Source: Bispira polyomma
Taxonomy: Eukaryota
Assembly: GCA_965649765.1 (NCBI GenBank)
Contig: OZ287752.1
Span: forward strand, 83,328,001-83,392,000
Length of the DNA stretch: 64,000 nucleotides
Direction: 5' to 3'
In this document: piece after piece, positions 38,101-53,100 of the stretch
How positions within the stretch are numbered: position 1 is the stretch's first letter
Layout of the letters: the number at the start of each line of letters is the position of its first letter
Translations under genes and position numbers: made by a program
Notes under the pieces: model-generated
What the model was told of the DNA's origin: nothing
Seen by the model: the letters and a program-made list of their open reading frames with translations, nothing else
Databases searched by the model: none

Positions 38101-41100
38101 GAAATGACGAGTAGCGATTCAAATAACGAAACGCGCTCCAATGCTGGTAAGGGTCCCGGAAATATCTTTCATGTTCCGTGTTTTTTAAAAAAAATTTGTG
38201 TTTTTTTCCCTGCAAAAAGGGTGAGGGGACGTAAACATTTACTGAAACTAAACTCTTGGAGCAGAAAGTGTAATGATCTTAAAAGAACTAATGGTCTTTG
38301 TAGTCAGAAAGGTATTACACTTGAACCTGTTTAAGTGGAAATCTGTTGAGATAGTTTCCCTTTTATGTGGAGAAACAATATTTTACGATTTTTAATCGAA
38401 GGTTATGCTCCAGATATTTGTCTACTTCCCTCGAGGTTCAACTAAAGTGGGTTCAGCATTAAAAAAGAAAATTGAAATTTTAGAAAGATTTTTTTCCGAC
38501 AACAATCTGGACCCAAAAAAATTTTAGTCAGTAAATTTTAGGTCCCAATGCCCTTCGGTGTGTTTTACCTCCAGTTCTGCTCGATATCACCTTGACCTTA
38601 TTAAAAACTGGCTAGTTGCGTCAATTTATTCTAAAAATAGTCATAGTGTTTGCTAAGTTTGACTAATAAGTTGACTCGATTGGCAAAAAAAGTGAACAAG
38701 AACCAGATTTGAGTGAGTTGCGTGGTTTGCAGTTTCCACACAGTTATAAACATTCATATCTTCCCCAGTGTGCACAGTCCTGTTCATGTGTGTGTAGATA
38801 GCTTGCTTAAAGTATTTGTGTGTGTTTTTTGTTATGATTTAATTCTCATCCTTAGATACAATTTGGCAAATGTTACATAATTATGAAGTTAAGGTATAAT
38901 CCAGTAGTTATATCCCAAACATCTAAGAAAATGAATGTAGACTGATTTTATGATGGTTATTATTGTTTAAATCTTTAAACTAATGTGTACCAAATTCCAA
39001 TCAAAATATCTTAATAAATGTGTGTCGTTCTTTTATGTCTTTTTCAACATTTTACTGATATTCTTTCTTTTATGCAAGTAGAAATGTATTACTACAATCA
39101 AACTTGTGCGGTAATCACTGGTCATTAGTAAAGTGGGTGAAACATTCAGATATTTAAAGAAAAAACAATTGTCCTTATAAGACATTGCTGCATTGCAGAT
39201 ACCATTGTAGTATAATCGTTATATAATATTTAATTGAACATATTTTACTGGATATAATATAAATAAATATCGAAAATAATAGAAAAAATCATATCCATAC
39301 TATATAAAAATGCGGTGCCAAAAAATCCAGTAGACCAAATAGAAATCTATGAAATGCTAATGGTCTATGTATAGCGAGGGATTATCTGACAAAGGCACTT
39401 AAAGTGCGTTGCCAAATTAAGTAAATGGTATTTCTTTTTATGTCCGGTCATATTTATACAGGTTATAAATTGCAAGTGGTCCCATATTTAAAGTAAAGTA
39501 AAATCAGGATAATCAGATTGCAGTTGGTCATTGGTCAAAACTCACCACTGGTCATCTAAAAAGATCAGTTTTAATTCATTTTAAGTCATGGGCAGGTTTC
39601 AAACTGGTTGCAACTCCAGTGTGCTTACTTACCCTTTGACAGTGGTCGCTAGTGCAAATGTGACTGTATATATCAATATGAATGACATTCTGCGGTTTTA
39701 GGAGGATATGGATGTCAACTGATATTGTACATAATAAAAATGCCCCAAAAATGGATCACAGTTGTTAGGGAAAGGTATAAAAATAACAGACACACAATAA
39801 CTTGTATATGAGCTCAGTTAATGACAGCGATATACTTGTTTTAGTCCTTTTACCGTTTTAAGTTTGTTCTTAAATGGTTTTTATGGATTTGTGTGGCAAA
39901 ATCATGAGCATTATGGTGTGTTTCTGTACGAAATCATTTGATGTGTTGAAATGTGCGCACCAGTCTCTGTTGTATGTTGTTAGCATTGTACAGTTGTAAT
40001 GTAGTACAAATGACCCCAGTTTATGGCTTATAGTTTGATGTACTGATGAGATTCACTGTGTTGAAACTGGAAGCCAGCGTATATTCCATTTCTTTTCTGG
40101 AGAAGATTTTAAATGCATTTTTTTTATTGTTTTACATCGTTTTTGGATGATGTACTGGCATAGAATTATATGTACAGTATGCTTAGTCTCCTCCGCCCCC
40201 TCCCCCCCAAAAAAATGTTTTTGAAAAAAATACAAATTTTTGTCACCAGGATAGTAGATGGGTACATTGTGAATGTAGTAAGGGAATTTGAATGCTTAGA
40301 GATCCAGTAGTGTTGGTTCAACTTGTAAAGTTTCAGCAAACTACAAAGTTTGCTTAATAAGATTTGTATAAATTTGTACAATAGTTGGGGCTGTTCATAC
40401 ATCAGTGATGTTTAAAATGAGCCCACATTTGTAGTTGTAGCGGTCCTACAATGTATTTACAGTTTAGAAATAAACCTCAATTGAGGGTAATTGGGGGGAT
40501 TAACTATTGATTCTATTTCTGATACTGTGTATTATGTATATGTCATAACAGAAATTAAATCTGACACAATTTCAAAATCAATTTATCGACAGAAACTAAA
40601 ATTCTATATATATTTTTAAAGCATTTTCACAAATTCAAATTTTCTCATAGATATTTGACAGAATTTCTACTCCAGACACATATAATAACTTATTAATAAG
40701 TAAAACTATGTAAGAAGTGTCACGTGTAGTAAACCAGTTTGACACTGTATGGAAGTGTACAACCCTTTGACAATACATTTAATTACACTGTGTTTAAATT
40801 GTCAATAACGTCAATAAAACCTAAAAGGTGAGATTGTGTGTATAGTAATTTAGATAATCAGCGTGTCATGATTACAACTGTTTGAACCGTTCACTGTTTA
40901 GGGGGTCGATTGAGTTGTCATTCCACCCCACTCTTGCCCCACCGCCGTACACCAAGAAATACACCTGCTTCTCGCAGAAGAACACCCAAACTGATGCCGA
41001 AAACATACGACCCCACACTGCAAGGTATATAGGTAGTGACCATGGTAGGGATCTATCTGTCTCTATATGTTCATATATATACATGAGTGGTGGTATTTGT

Positions 41101-44100
41101 GTTGAGCTGTATTTATGAAATACTACTGACCTCCTTCATGTCTACACAAATCTCATCTATTAACCCCTCCTAATCACTTCACGTCGTCTAGTCATGTCCG
41201 TGTAACCCATATATACACATATAATCTATCTTCTTCTGGTCTATATTTCAGGGTATATATATTACTTTTATTCACGTTTAGATCATTTTTTTTTCTAGAT
41301 ATGATTTTCTGTCGGTTATTTTATGTTTGTTTACTGGATAGATTCTCACCCTTTAAAATTAATACACATGGAAGAATTTAGTTATTAAGGAGCAAAGGAA
41401 ATTCTAAAAACTTAATTATATCAAGATTATATTAGATAAATGGGGATTTATTTAAAATTTGATATCTTGTAAATACAGTCATTCATCGAAAATGAGAACG
41501 TAGCGCTACCAAAAAGGATTTAGTAATTTTTACCAAAAATAAGAACATGGATAAAATTGGCCCACTGACTTTTACCAAAAATAAGAACGTCAACAAAGGG
41601 ACTTCAAAGTTCGACCTATTGATACAGCTTAAGCGACCATATATAAATGACAACACCAAGATTTGCTTGACTGATGGGGAAGATATCTCAAATTCTATCG
41701 CAAGTTCCATGTTCTATTTTCAGTGAATTACTGTAGTTATTAGTCCATTTCTTTAACAGATATTATTCCTTGAAGTCAAAGACACTTTTTGGGAATACGT
41801 AATCAAACTAACACATATATATATTTAGTGATGTCCCACTATAGTGTGTACAAAACGTAAAAAGCACACATTGTAATATTGTTTTGGTTTTTTTAAACCC
41901 CATTACAAACACTATCTTACAGCACCATTTAATAATATTTTTTATAAAAATAAAACTTGCATGACTGGGTAATTTTTTCACTAATGTTTGCACCGATATT
42001 TCGGGTTTTCGTTTTGAAGTCCATGTGCACCCACATTTATCTAGTATGTATGTCTATGTGTGTTGTGTACATATGTGTGTATATATTTATATATTATGGC
42101 ATCCATAGTTTACGGTAGTAGCAGGTAACTTTATTTCGGATACATAACAGATAAGGAAATAAAATATATCAATAAAAGTTTGTAAAAAAAATACATATTT
42201 AGTTAGTTTACCATACTCATCCTAATAAACACCCCAGGGGGCTTATACATCTTATAGATTTAATCTTATACCTTTTATATATTTTAAACTTATGTAAGAT
42301 AAAAATACAAACATTTATACATCCATGACTTTGTTGGACTCAAAATTACCAGCTTTAAGTATAAAATCCTAATATACAAAATACACAATCTGATTGAATT
42401 ACATGTGTATAAAAATAAATAAAATAAGATGAAAGATATCAATTTTTGGGATTAGATCATTATTTTCTCAAGGAATGAGTTTGTGTCTACAATGGAGACC
42501 CCATCTGGCCGGGGACGAGCTATTCAGTGTCCTCCTGTTTTTGTAAACTTCATGGCTAAAGATGCGGCGATTAGTTGCGATATCAATGCATTAGTCGAAT
42601 TCGAGTCCGTACATATAGCAATGTATTAGAGTCCATTCTTTGCAACTTTTTACTCCATATGTTCCGAATGTTAGTATATGTATACACCAGAAGCACATTG
42701 TCACCAGGGAGAAATATGAATAATTAGATAGATAAAATTGTCACTTTATATCATCTTACACTTCTATGTTGACAGCAAGCCGCCAATGTCATTTGTTACT
42801 CCCAGAACCTATGTCTGTCAACAAGCAGTTGAAAGCCTTGAATATATTATTTTAAGTTCCTTCAGTTCCTTGCAATAAGAATTTTTCATACAGCAGACAT
42901 CTGTTTGGGATATACATGTACATGTTATTTTGGTGTTGTGGTTCACCCTTTTTTGCCGTGTATGTATGTAATGTTTCAGATATCACTCTGATCTTTATTA
43001 GTTACTCACAAACAATCAACCACAGTTGCCTCTCTAAACTACAGTAGAGCTCAGGGCCCGTATTCACTCAGGGACTTAGCCATGTCTCAGGCTTAAATCT
43101 AATACAAAAGTATACTGATTAAAGCCTATGGCTTGGCTAAGTTCCTTTGTCAATCTGGCCCCGGGTATAGCCAAATTTCGTGGAAACTTGCATTATTTTT
43201 GTTTTTTGAAATTTTCATATATTTTTTGTCATTAAACACGAAACTCTCATGAATTTTGTGAATAAATAACTGAAAGGTTTCATGTAAGGATTTATATCAG
43301 TATGCTTCAGGGTATAAAAGAACTTGGGATATTACAATAAATGTATATTAATGGCTATTATATCACACTGCCTTGTTCAAGGATTAGCATTGTATGGAAG
43401 TTGTTTGCCTTTTTTAGGGTGAATTGCTGTGTCAATGTCCCAGTAAAATTGTTCTGGTAAAAAAGTTTTAACAGCAGATGCTAATTCAATTTAGTTCATG
43501 AACCATGTATAAAAATCACTGTGGAAGATCAATTATCTGGAGTTTATATATATATGCCATAATAGCCAGTTCCTATGATGCATCGACCAACTTATTGATG
43601 CTGTTAACTCTATAAATTGCTAGCGAGGTTAATGTTACTGTAGAGAAACTTCTTGCAGAAATCTTAGAGTGAGGAAACTAAAATTCCCGACTGTATCTAA
43701 AATTCACCACCTAGAAAATGTGCTGTGGTGTTTACTGTGTTTTTGGTAGAATTGTGGGTAATATTTGCTGAAATTGAGATTTCCAGTTATTTTTCGCCCA
43801 GTTTTTGTTGATTTGGCTTAAATTTTAGGGGTGACGAATTTCAGATACAGTGGCGGATTTTAAATTCCTTACTCTACATCTTAAAAAAAGAGTTTTCTGT
43901 TAAAAATTTATTTTGATCAAAACCTGGGACTCCATATGGTTACAGTGAAACGCCCTTGAGTCGCCAAACCTTCTCAGGAATTAAGGACATGGACTTCTAT
44001 TTAACTAGGATTTCAACTCAACAGGGGAGATTCGTGAAGATAAATGCCTCATTGGCCACTTAAGATTTCCCTTAACAAAACAAGAGATGCCTTTTTAAAA

Positions 44101-47100
44101 AAAAACATCGGCCACACAGTGTGACCAACACCCCTCCTCAATTTGGCCGGGTCGATTGCTTTCAACCAATCCTTGTAGACCTTACATATTATTTCCAACA
44201 TGACAGCGATGTCAGACTGTGCCTGATTCATCGCCTGCTAATATAAATTGGACACTTCCCAGTTTGGCCGGGGTCGATTGCTTCCAACCAATACATAAAG
44301 GCCTTACATATTATTTCCAACATGACCGTGCCAATTTACAGATAAAACAATATTCGGTTGCATCTGATAAAACAATAACAAAGCATCGACTTAATAGAGA
44401 TATATGTAAAGGTGTGACTGTATGTGTGGGTGAAAAATAACACTAACAAATACTAAATTAATAGGGGGGGGGGGGGGGAGGGGGGTAGTTTGCAGTTTAT
44501 GTACAGATATCTTACAATGGCATGTATTACATTTATAAAAAGGGTGTTATAAGTCATAGATTTAGTTATTTCTTTGTATATACAATGTCAGTTGAGTAAA
44601 CTTTAGTTTGATTTATGTAGTAGATTTCCTAGTATACATGTGTATGGGGTTTAAGTGTTGGTTTTTAATGGGTGTTTTTTGGTGTGTGAATGGTTGCTTT
44701 TGACCGTTTCTTTATTTAGGAAATTGTGTGTATATTATAGCAAATGTATCTATAGAATAATACATCAATAACATAATTTGTATAAACAAATTAAGTACAT
44801 ATAGAGTCATATAGTTGGGTGTAATAGAAGTCACTGTTAACAATGAATGTGTAAAGTTGTATCAAATGTATTGCGATATGTATAATTTGTTTTAATAACA
44901 TCTAAAATTACTCTTGATTAAAATTATGTACAAAATAATTAGTGATAATTTGTGAAAAAAAATGTTTATAAAGAATTACTCTGAACACTGTTTTTTGGTT
45001 TTCATCCTACAACAAGATATGCTTGAGCAATGCTACTGCTATTACTGTCGTTGCTTTGTCGTTTTGTTAAAAACCATCACATAGTCTAATTGTGTTTTTT
45101 ATCCCATCACTAAACCTTTTTTTAGTTGATGCATTGAAATCACTCAGCATTTGTTTGTTTCTTCAGTTTACCCATTAAGATCACTCAGTCTTTGAGGGAT
45201 TGTTTCTTCAGTTTACCCATTGATATCATTGTCTCTTCAGTTTACCCATTGATATCATTGTCTCTTCAGTTTACCCATTGATATCATCACTAAGTATTTC
45301 TTTGTTTCTATGGCTGTATATTTCCCGAGTTCATTGTTTCCCTGTTGTTATTGTTTATTATTTGTGTGCTTCCCCTTCGTTAATTTACTAACCTGCCACT
45401 GAGAGCCTTGTCCTATGTTGTCCTACTTTCAGAGCTCCTCCCTCAGTGTGAACAGTGTGGGGACCGTCTCAATAGCCCTCTCAGTGACTGTGAGAGTATG
45501 ATGACCGAGTATGACGACCCCTCAAGGATCTACCCAGGTTTACAGCAGCCTCCGATGCTCTTTTTGCCACCCCCACCCGAGCACCCACCTCCCAGTGACA
45601 TCGGCACCCCTCCCGACTCCCCCACCCAGGGGCGTAGCCGCATGATGATGGGCGCCCCCCCATCGCAGGCCCTGCCTCCGCAGCATATGGCTGGCTTCCT
45701 CCCCCCAGGAAGGACTGGATCATATCACAGTAATACCACCGGCTCCCGTGACGACTCGCCACACTTTAGGAATTCACCCATGGTCTGCGGCAACAGTAGC
45801 GGCGGAGGAGGATATTCGGATAATGAACAGTTCCGAGGCATGATGCAGCAGCCTTATGGTATGCACCCCCAACACCAACAACACCAACAACAGCCGCCTC
45901 CGTACGGTAGTCTAGGGTGTAATCACCACCCCACTGGTGGCTGGCCACAACAGTCACACACGTATGAGAACAGTATGAACCCCATTCCCACCAAGCCACT
46001 GCCGCCCCCATTGGCCAATGGTAGTAGTAGTGGTGGACACTATAGGACAGTGGAGGGTCCAGCCTCCTCACAGGGAGTGGGTGCCCCTCACTTAAGGGCG
46101 TACTCCCCCCGGGCCATGTCAGAACCAGAGCGAGGCCCCACCCCGCCCATCCGTGCTTATAAACTAGTCCCGATACACGACCCTAACGAGGGTGGGGTCC
46201 AGAGACACTATAGTGACACGGAGGGAGCACCCCCGCCCCCTCTACGGATGATGAACTCTCATACAGAAGAGCCGCCCTCCCCTGCCCCAGAGGACGGACC
46301 CCTGGGAGGACTGGGATTGGCGGCGGGTGGCGGCAACCTCATCGATCCCACACGGGACTGTGCCATCCAGTCGTCTCTGCCCAGTCTAGCGAGTGAGTGC
46401 ATCAACAACGGACACCACCACCACCCGGGGGTCCGGGGAGAGTCTCCCTCCTCGGAGGTCGGCAACTTTGAGGAGTCTGACATGGAGGGAGGCAGAAGGA
46501 CTCCCGAGTCTAGTGTGGGAGAAGTAGATGTGGCAGGTGAGCTCTTATAGATATATGCTAGAAACTCTAAAACAGCTGAAAACAACTGCAGATATCTAAT
46601 TTAGAAAACTCATGAATTCTTAGTTTTTAGTCTTTTTATATACTAAATTTTGTCTTCTGTTTTTATTAATAATGATTATTCTATCAATGGAATTAATTAT
46701 TCCCCAATTCCCCATCTCCTAAGGTGTTTGGTAAATACTGTACGTCTAGGTTCTTTAGCTAACTTAAACTAATATAATATCACATATTTTCAAACATTCA
46801 TGAAAGATAATTACAGTAAAACCTCTATTATCTGATCATGTTGTGAGAACAAGATTTTGTTTGGATAATAGAATGTTCGTAAAATAGAAGAGGCATTTCT
46901 GTATAAATCACTTGAAAAATGGATATTTGGGACAGTGAAACTGTGTTCATCAAATTAAATATTTTGATAATAGAGGTTATTCTGTACTTCTAATAGGCAG
47001 AACATGCTTGTTCATAGGCTTCTATACTGAAGTATTTCTTTTTCAAAAATAATATTTAAAACAGAAACCACTACTTCACTCTATTTACTACAACATACCA

Positions 47101-50100
47101 GTAGGATGGTATCTACTCTCTTAAGTTTGATCTTAAATGGAATCATGGAATCTTGCGTTGTTGACCTAGTTATGCTTGTTGCATACACTACTAATGTCAA
47201 AAAGTGTTTGTTGACTTCAGTGTGTATTCAGGCTTGTGTTCTGTTTGCCATTTGTTTTACAACCTCACCAATGACTGATGTAGACAACTGTAATACAACC
47301 TATTTCAATACCACCTGCATGCTTTTGCAGCTTCAGAATGGTTTTTCTAACACATGGTTTCTGGATGAGATAATTGTTTTCAACGTGAGAGACTAAAAGC
47401 ATTTTTCACTTATTTTGTAGTATATATTTCTGAAAATACATCTGTATTGTGAAAAATAAGCCATATTACCTACATATTGAAATAAATCAAGAGAAACACA
47501 GGATAGTTTGCAGAATTTAATTTAAATTTTAAAAAGATTTATGAAATACAAACCTACTATTCTGGAGTGTGTAAAGGCAGTACACAAGTCTGTGAGTAGT
47601 AAACGGAGTGTATGAAATTGATCTACAGTTGAACCCCTTTAAGTCAAACCCCGAGGAACCAGGAAAAATACTTCTACTTAAGCAGGATTTTCACTCAACA
47701 GGGTAGATTTTAAATGAAAAGGCAATCGTGGGACTACATATTTTTCTCTACATAACAGGAAAATTGAGTTAACAGAATTCTACTTAAAAGGAGTATGACT
47801 GTAATAGTATTCATCATAAAACAATTCAAAAGCCATTCAAGAGGCTTGGAATAACTATTGTTATTACTAGTAGAATCAGTATGTTCTCTATTATGGAACT
47901 CATTGGTTAAACTCGTTGAAATTCAAGTACTATATCCAATACAGTCCACCCCCTTTCAGCAGAAGTCAGTTATTTTACTATTTTTCTTTAGTTGCAGACA
48001 AATCTTTAGTAGTATTACGAAGGCTTATTCTTTTATTAAAATCTACCCAGTTAAGTATAACTCTATCCTGTTGAGGTAGTCCCTATTTCCCTTAGACATG
48101 TGAGTTTTGACACTGTATTAATAAAATAGTGTACCTGATTTCACTGTAGATATGGATCCCTCCACTCCGATTGGCTGACATCATTTTAAATCCCCTGTTC
48201 CTTTTCAGCCTCCACTGCCACCTGGGGGAGCGATAACAACTCCGACAACAATAGCTCTCACTCCAGCGCCCTAAGTTCGAGTGATGAGTCATTTTTCGCC
48301 GAGGCAGACTTTGCCAGTGCGGTTGCCAAGGCTGCAGAGATGTCGGGATTAACTGTAGTGGGTTCTACAGTGTGTGACCCCAACAGTGGCAAGGAGAAAG
48401 GTAAAGGAATCTTTGTGAATACCAGGCCTTGAGGTTTGAGTAGGGCTTGTGAATACCAGGTCTGGTGCCTTGAGGTTTGAGTGGGGCTTGTGAATACCAG
48501 GTCTGGTGCCTTGAGGTTTGAGTGGGGCTTGTGAATACCAGATCTGGTGCCTTGAGGTTTGAGTGGGGCTTGTGAATACCAGGTCTGGTGCCTTGAGGTT
48601 TGAGTGGGGCTTGTAAATGCCAGGCCTGGTGCCTTGAGGTTTGAGTGGGGCCTCCAACTATATAGACATTTCTCGCATGCTCCATTTATGGCACTTACAA
48701 ACGGCCTTCACATTTTCAACTAAGCCTACGCTTTTTTTCAGCACAATCCGATGTCGGCCGATTTGTGTGGTCACAAACAATCCGATGTCGGCCGATGTAG
48801 CGCTTCCTTTCATCAAATATTTTAACAGAAATTTTTTTTCCTTAAGTTTTATTTAAAAATCGGACAGTCCTCCCGATTATTTCCCTACTGACTATGCTGA
48901 GATGAAGCACTTAGTTATATCAAAAAAGGACTTGTAAAATCAGCCGACTTTGGCCAAGAAAAACATGCTAAAAGGAAGTGTAGGCTTAGTCCAACCAACA
49001 TTGAGAAAAGATCTTATGTTAGTGTTAACATCTTAAGTCTAACTTACCAAGGCAGTCCGTGTTGAAAAAAAAAAAAAAAAATTTAAATTCTGTTAATGCT
49101 GTTTTGTACAATGCAAGAGGAGTTTAAAAGAGAAAATACATTCATGTGGATAAAATATAGATTATTAGAAAATAGTATACTTCTTGGTGCATATGTCATT
49201 TGAAAGAAAAAGATAGAAATATGTAGGCTTTCATTGTGTAGTACATGCATAATGCTAATATACAGTATATATTAGTAGAATATTTATATCTAAACTAATC
49301 TTTCGCAAAAAGAATTGTATATTTGTACATCTTTTGTAAAGTAAACTTACTTTTTCACCCATGTATAATGGTATGTTTTCACACAGTATTCTTTTATTGT
49401 TACTTTTTAGTTTTGAATATATAAATATATTTATTGTGTAAAAGTCAACATATTTATAATATTAATATTAGCTTGTGTATGGGTATGTACCAGTAATTGA
49501 GCGTCCCTTAAAAAGGGTGCGTATTTGCTTTTGGGTTCTGGGTTTCTTGCCGCTGCGGCATTATGATCATCCTTTACTTTCTCCCTTATTATTAATGATA
49601 TCGAAATAAGTTTTGGGCAGTATATAAGTTGTCCCCATATCAGCAATCTGGATAAACAATTTATTTTGACCTAATGCAGAATAAACACAACACAGACACG
49701 TACACAACTACATGCTCCCATGTCTGTCTAAATGAATATACATTCTGTGTGTAGCCAGGGAATGACATTCACATAGGCCCACTGGCCCAAAGACATTTAT
49801 TTATACTTATAAAAGACAGTATAAAACTCTAGCCACTGACCTGAGCCTTTAAAGGTTGGGACAGCAACTTGACTGCAATCCAGACGGTCTCTTTAATCAG
49901 TCCGGTCACTGAATTTTTGGGCTAGGATAGAATTTTGTCTCCCGGGTAAGATTGCTTTGTGAAAACTTACAGGCCAGTATGTAAAAGTATCAAAGTTATC
50001 CCTTGAATAAAGACCGATCATCAATTCTATTCCTTGTATATTTCTCACCCTAAAAACTGGCTGGTTCAAAATCATTCAAATTAGCAGCACCTGCCGAGTC

Positions 50101-53100
50101 AAATAATCTTCCTACTAGTCTTCACTCTTAGACAAGGATCTACAGGCACCAGGAAAAAAGCTCGAAAGACATTTGTATCAACTCGCTTTTCCGCCCTAAC
50201 TTTCACCTCCTGGTCATGACTGGACTCTGATCACGGACCTTTCTCCTATTGAATTATTCTTTTGCTTACTGATTAGGTTGTGTGCCACAGTCATTAAATA
50301 TGGCACTATAGAAGTACAAACACTAACATTCTATAAACTCCCATGTATTTATGTGTGTATTTATATATTTACCACTCCTTCCCCCCTCTCTAGTTAAGAA
50401 GTACAAGAAGCCACGCGATCGGCCCCGACGCCCCACCTCCCCATACAGTACGGACAGTAACTACAGCTCGATTGCGCCCCACAAACCCTACCCTAAGTCT
50501 GAGCGGCGTAGGCAGATGGCAGAGAAAGTCAGTACGTCGGGGAGTAACCCCACCACTAGTCAGGAGGATAACGCCACCGCCACCGCGGGCTCAGGGGGCG
50601 GAGCTAATATAGCTGTCAATCATAGTAAACCCCCAGTTAAAGCCAAGCCACAGCTACCTCCAGCACAGCACAGCAATGGTGAGTGAGGAGTCCTTCACAC
50701 AAACCCAAGGGTAGTGGGAAGGACAGGAAGTGGAATTTCATTGGTTCATGTGTTCCTGCCTAGACCAATCAGAATTGAGGATAGATACAAGTGAAAGTTC
50801 TTTTGTACCAAAGCTTTTCATTGTGGCTATATACAGTTTATTATTTCAGAAAAAGTTTGAAATGAGTTACACAATTCTCATATCTATGCAAGTAGAATTC
50901 ATGGTTTGGAGCTATATGTATGGATTTGATAATATTGCCCAAGTTGGAAGAAATAACAGATTTTGTTTGTACATTGTACATATGAATTCAAATTAGATTT
51001 TTTGTGTTCAAATATTATTACCTTTTTCATAAAACCATACTTTTTGATTTCAAGCAAAAGCTTAAGTGTCGGGTTATTAAATGATAAAATATCAATCCCC
51101 AAAGGATGTTTAGTAAAGTACTTTATACCACCTTAATATATATGATCCTCATACTTATGATAGACCAATCTGTTATCCGTAATGTTTTCTCGACCAATCT
51201 GTTATCCGAAATGTTTGTTTGATATTATTAGGTTTGGATCACCCGTGTCATTTTCAGTGTTTTATCACAACATGTGTTTATCAGCATGAAATAACTGTTC
51301 AATGTACATAAAATGTGGGCTTTGTATCAATTTGCAGTAATACAATTTTTAAAGCTTTTTGCATTTCTTTGGTTCTTAGTGTATTTTTGACCTATGTTTT
51401 TGTTACACATTCTGGCATGGCAGAGTACGCATGACAGATATCAGTCACAATTGACAAAAACAAAATTGCATTAACACCTAAATTTTTTTGGTAAATATAC
51501 TAACATTTATGAACTAATACCATTCTGTACAAACACATCTTTGCTTTATATATACATACTTACAATGTATTTTGACTTGTTTATTTCATGCTTTCAGACT
51601 GAATAGTTGTAAACAACGTATCTTAAAGTGATTTTAATGTTGATTTTCAAAATGCCTGGATTTTTCTTAGTCGTAGGGTAGTTGGTGTGAAGGTGTATAG
51701 CAGTCGCAAGAAAACCAAAAAATTGTGACCAAAATGAGCAAAAATCATCTTTATCTAATGTAATGAGCTATAATATATTCTCTTTTATTAAATTATTTCA
51801 TAGCACATGGCACAATACGTATAATATACAGTGAATTGTGTAGTTTACCTTAAAGAAAGTTTCATTTCATAACTTGTACAAAATCCAAATATTTTGTTGC
51901 TATAATTAGGAAGTTGTCATCATTTTACAGACACGCTTGGCATAGGCTTTCGATGGTCATGTACACACTCAAAAGTGTGAGGACCAAACTGACCCAAACT
52001 CTCATCCTTTACTATGAAAACACACAAACCTAGTAGTTTAAAACAGCAGAACCTTCTATTGTATTGGTTAGAAGTGTTAGCTTCACAATCACTGGCCTCT
52101 CACCAATGATGGTTCAAATCCTGTTTGATCCTTCGTGTGGGAAAGTTTGTCACATACTTGCTGTAGGTCGGTGGTTTACACAGTGGCTTCGGCACTGGTT
52201 TCTTCCATATGGCTATCATGATGCCATTAAAAGCAACGTAAAACTGAACTAAATTCTAATTTTAAAACAGTAGTTATTCATGTACTGGGGCCGTCATGTA
52301 GTTAAGTGATAAACAAAGCTGGTGAAACGCTTAAGGTGACATGACATGGTCATGACATTGTAGTAGTACAGATTAAGTAATAACAACAGAAATTATCCCA
52401 AATTTTAACTTTCAATGTGTCCACCCCTTTAGTTGCCCAGTTTACAGGGGGGGGGGGGGGGGGGGGTAGTTGTTGAGTGTACATTATGACTGTCGACTGT
52501 GTAGTCATGTAACTATATATTACCCCCTGTATTTTAGTAGCAGATCTCCCGTCGTACAACAAGCCTAGCTTCCCCCTGACAGGACCCCCAGTAGGTGGTA
52601 GTAGTGTGGCTGGTCCTAGGTCTCCCCCCACCAATGGACAGCTGAACATACGCACCAACCCCTTAGCCGCATTTGACACCACTAATGTAAGTCACATAGA
52701 AAGCTAGACACGCTTCGTAACAGTGTGATATACAGTGTATTTAAATATACGCACCAACCATTTAGAAAGTAAACCAATCTGGTGAGTTAACGTGGAAACC
52801 TTCTTTTACCACTTACTTCACAAGGTGATGTACCTATTCCAAAAATGGAAATCGGGCATATTCAAAATCAAAATTTAAAGATAGATCACTACACTATGTA
52901 ATACTAACCAGAAACATAATTTCGCTGTTTGTGTCAAAAAGATAGTACTTCTGTATGAGACTGTATTCATTAAGTTTATTTTTATTAACTGAACAGTAAC
53001 ACACAAGATTTTTAACTGACCATTTACTCCTAAACCACCTTCTGGCGTAAGAGTTTTAAACCACCATTTCTTCAAAAGGTACCTTTATATTCGAATTGCG

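Noticed and set aside
45481-46585. Minus-strand ORFs of 93-108 aa (also 20512-20847, 36519-36989, 52350-52682)
   Set aside because: Antisense shadows of GC-rich Robo exons.
48150-48208. Upstream alternative acceptor (ctgtag|ATATGG)
   Set aside because: 59 nt upstream, out of frame, and hits TGA after DMDPSTPIG.
48349-48685. Minus-strand repetitive ORFs ([20 protein letters not shown])
   Set aside because: Translation of the 41-bp minisatellite.
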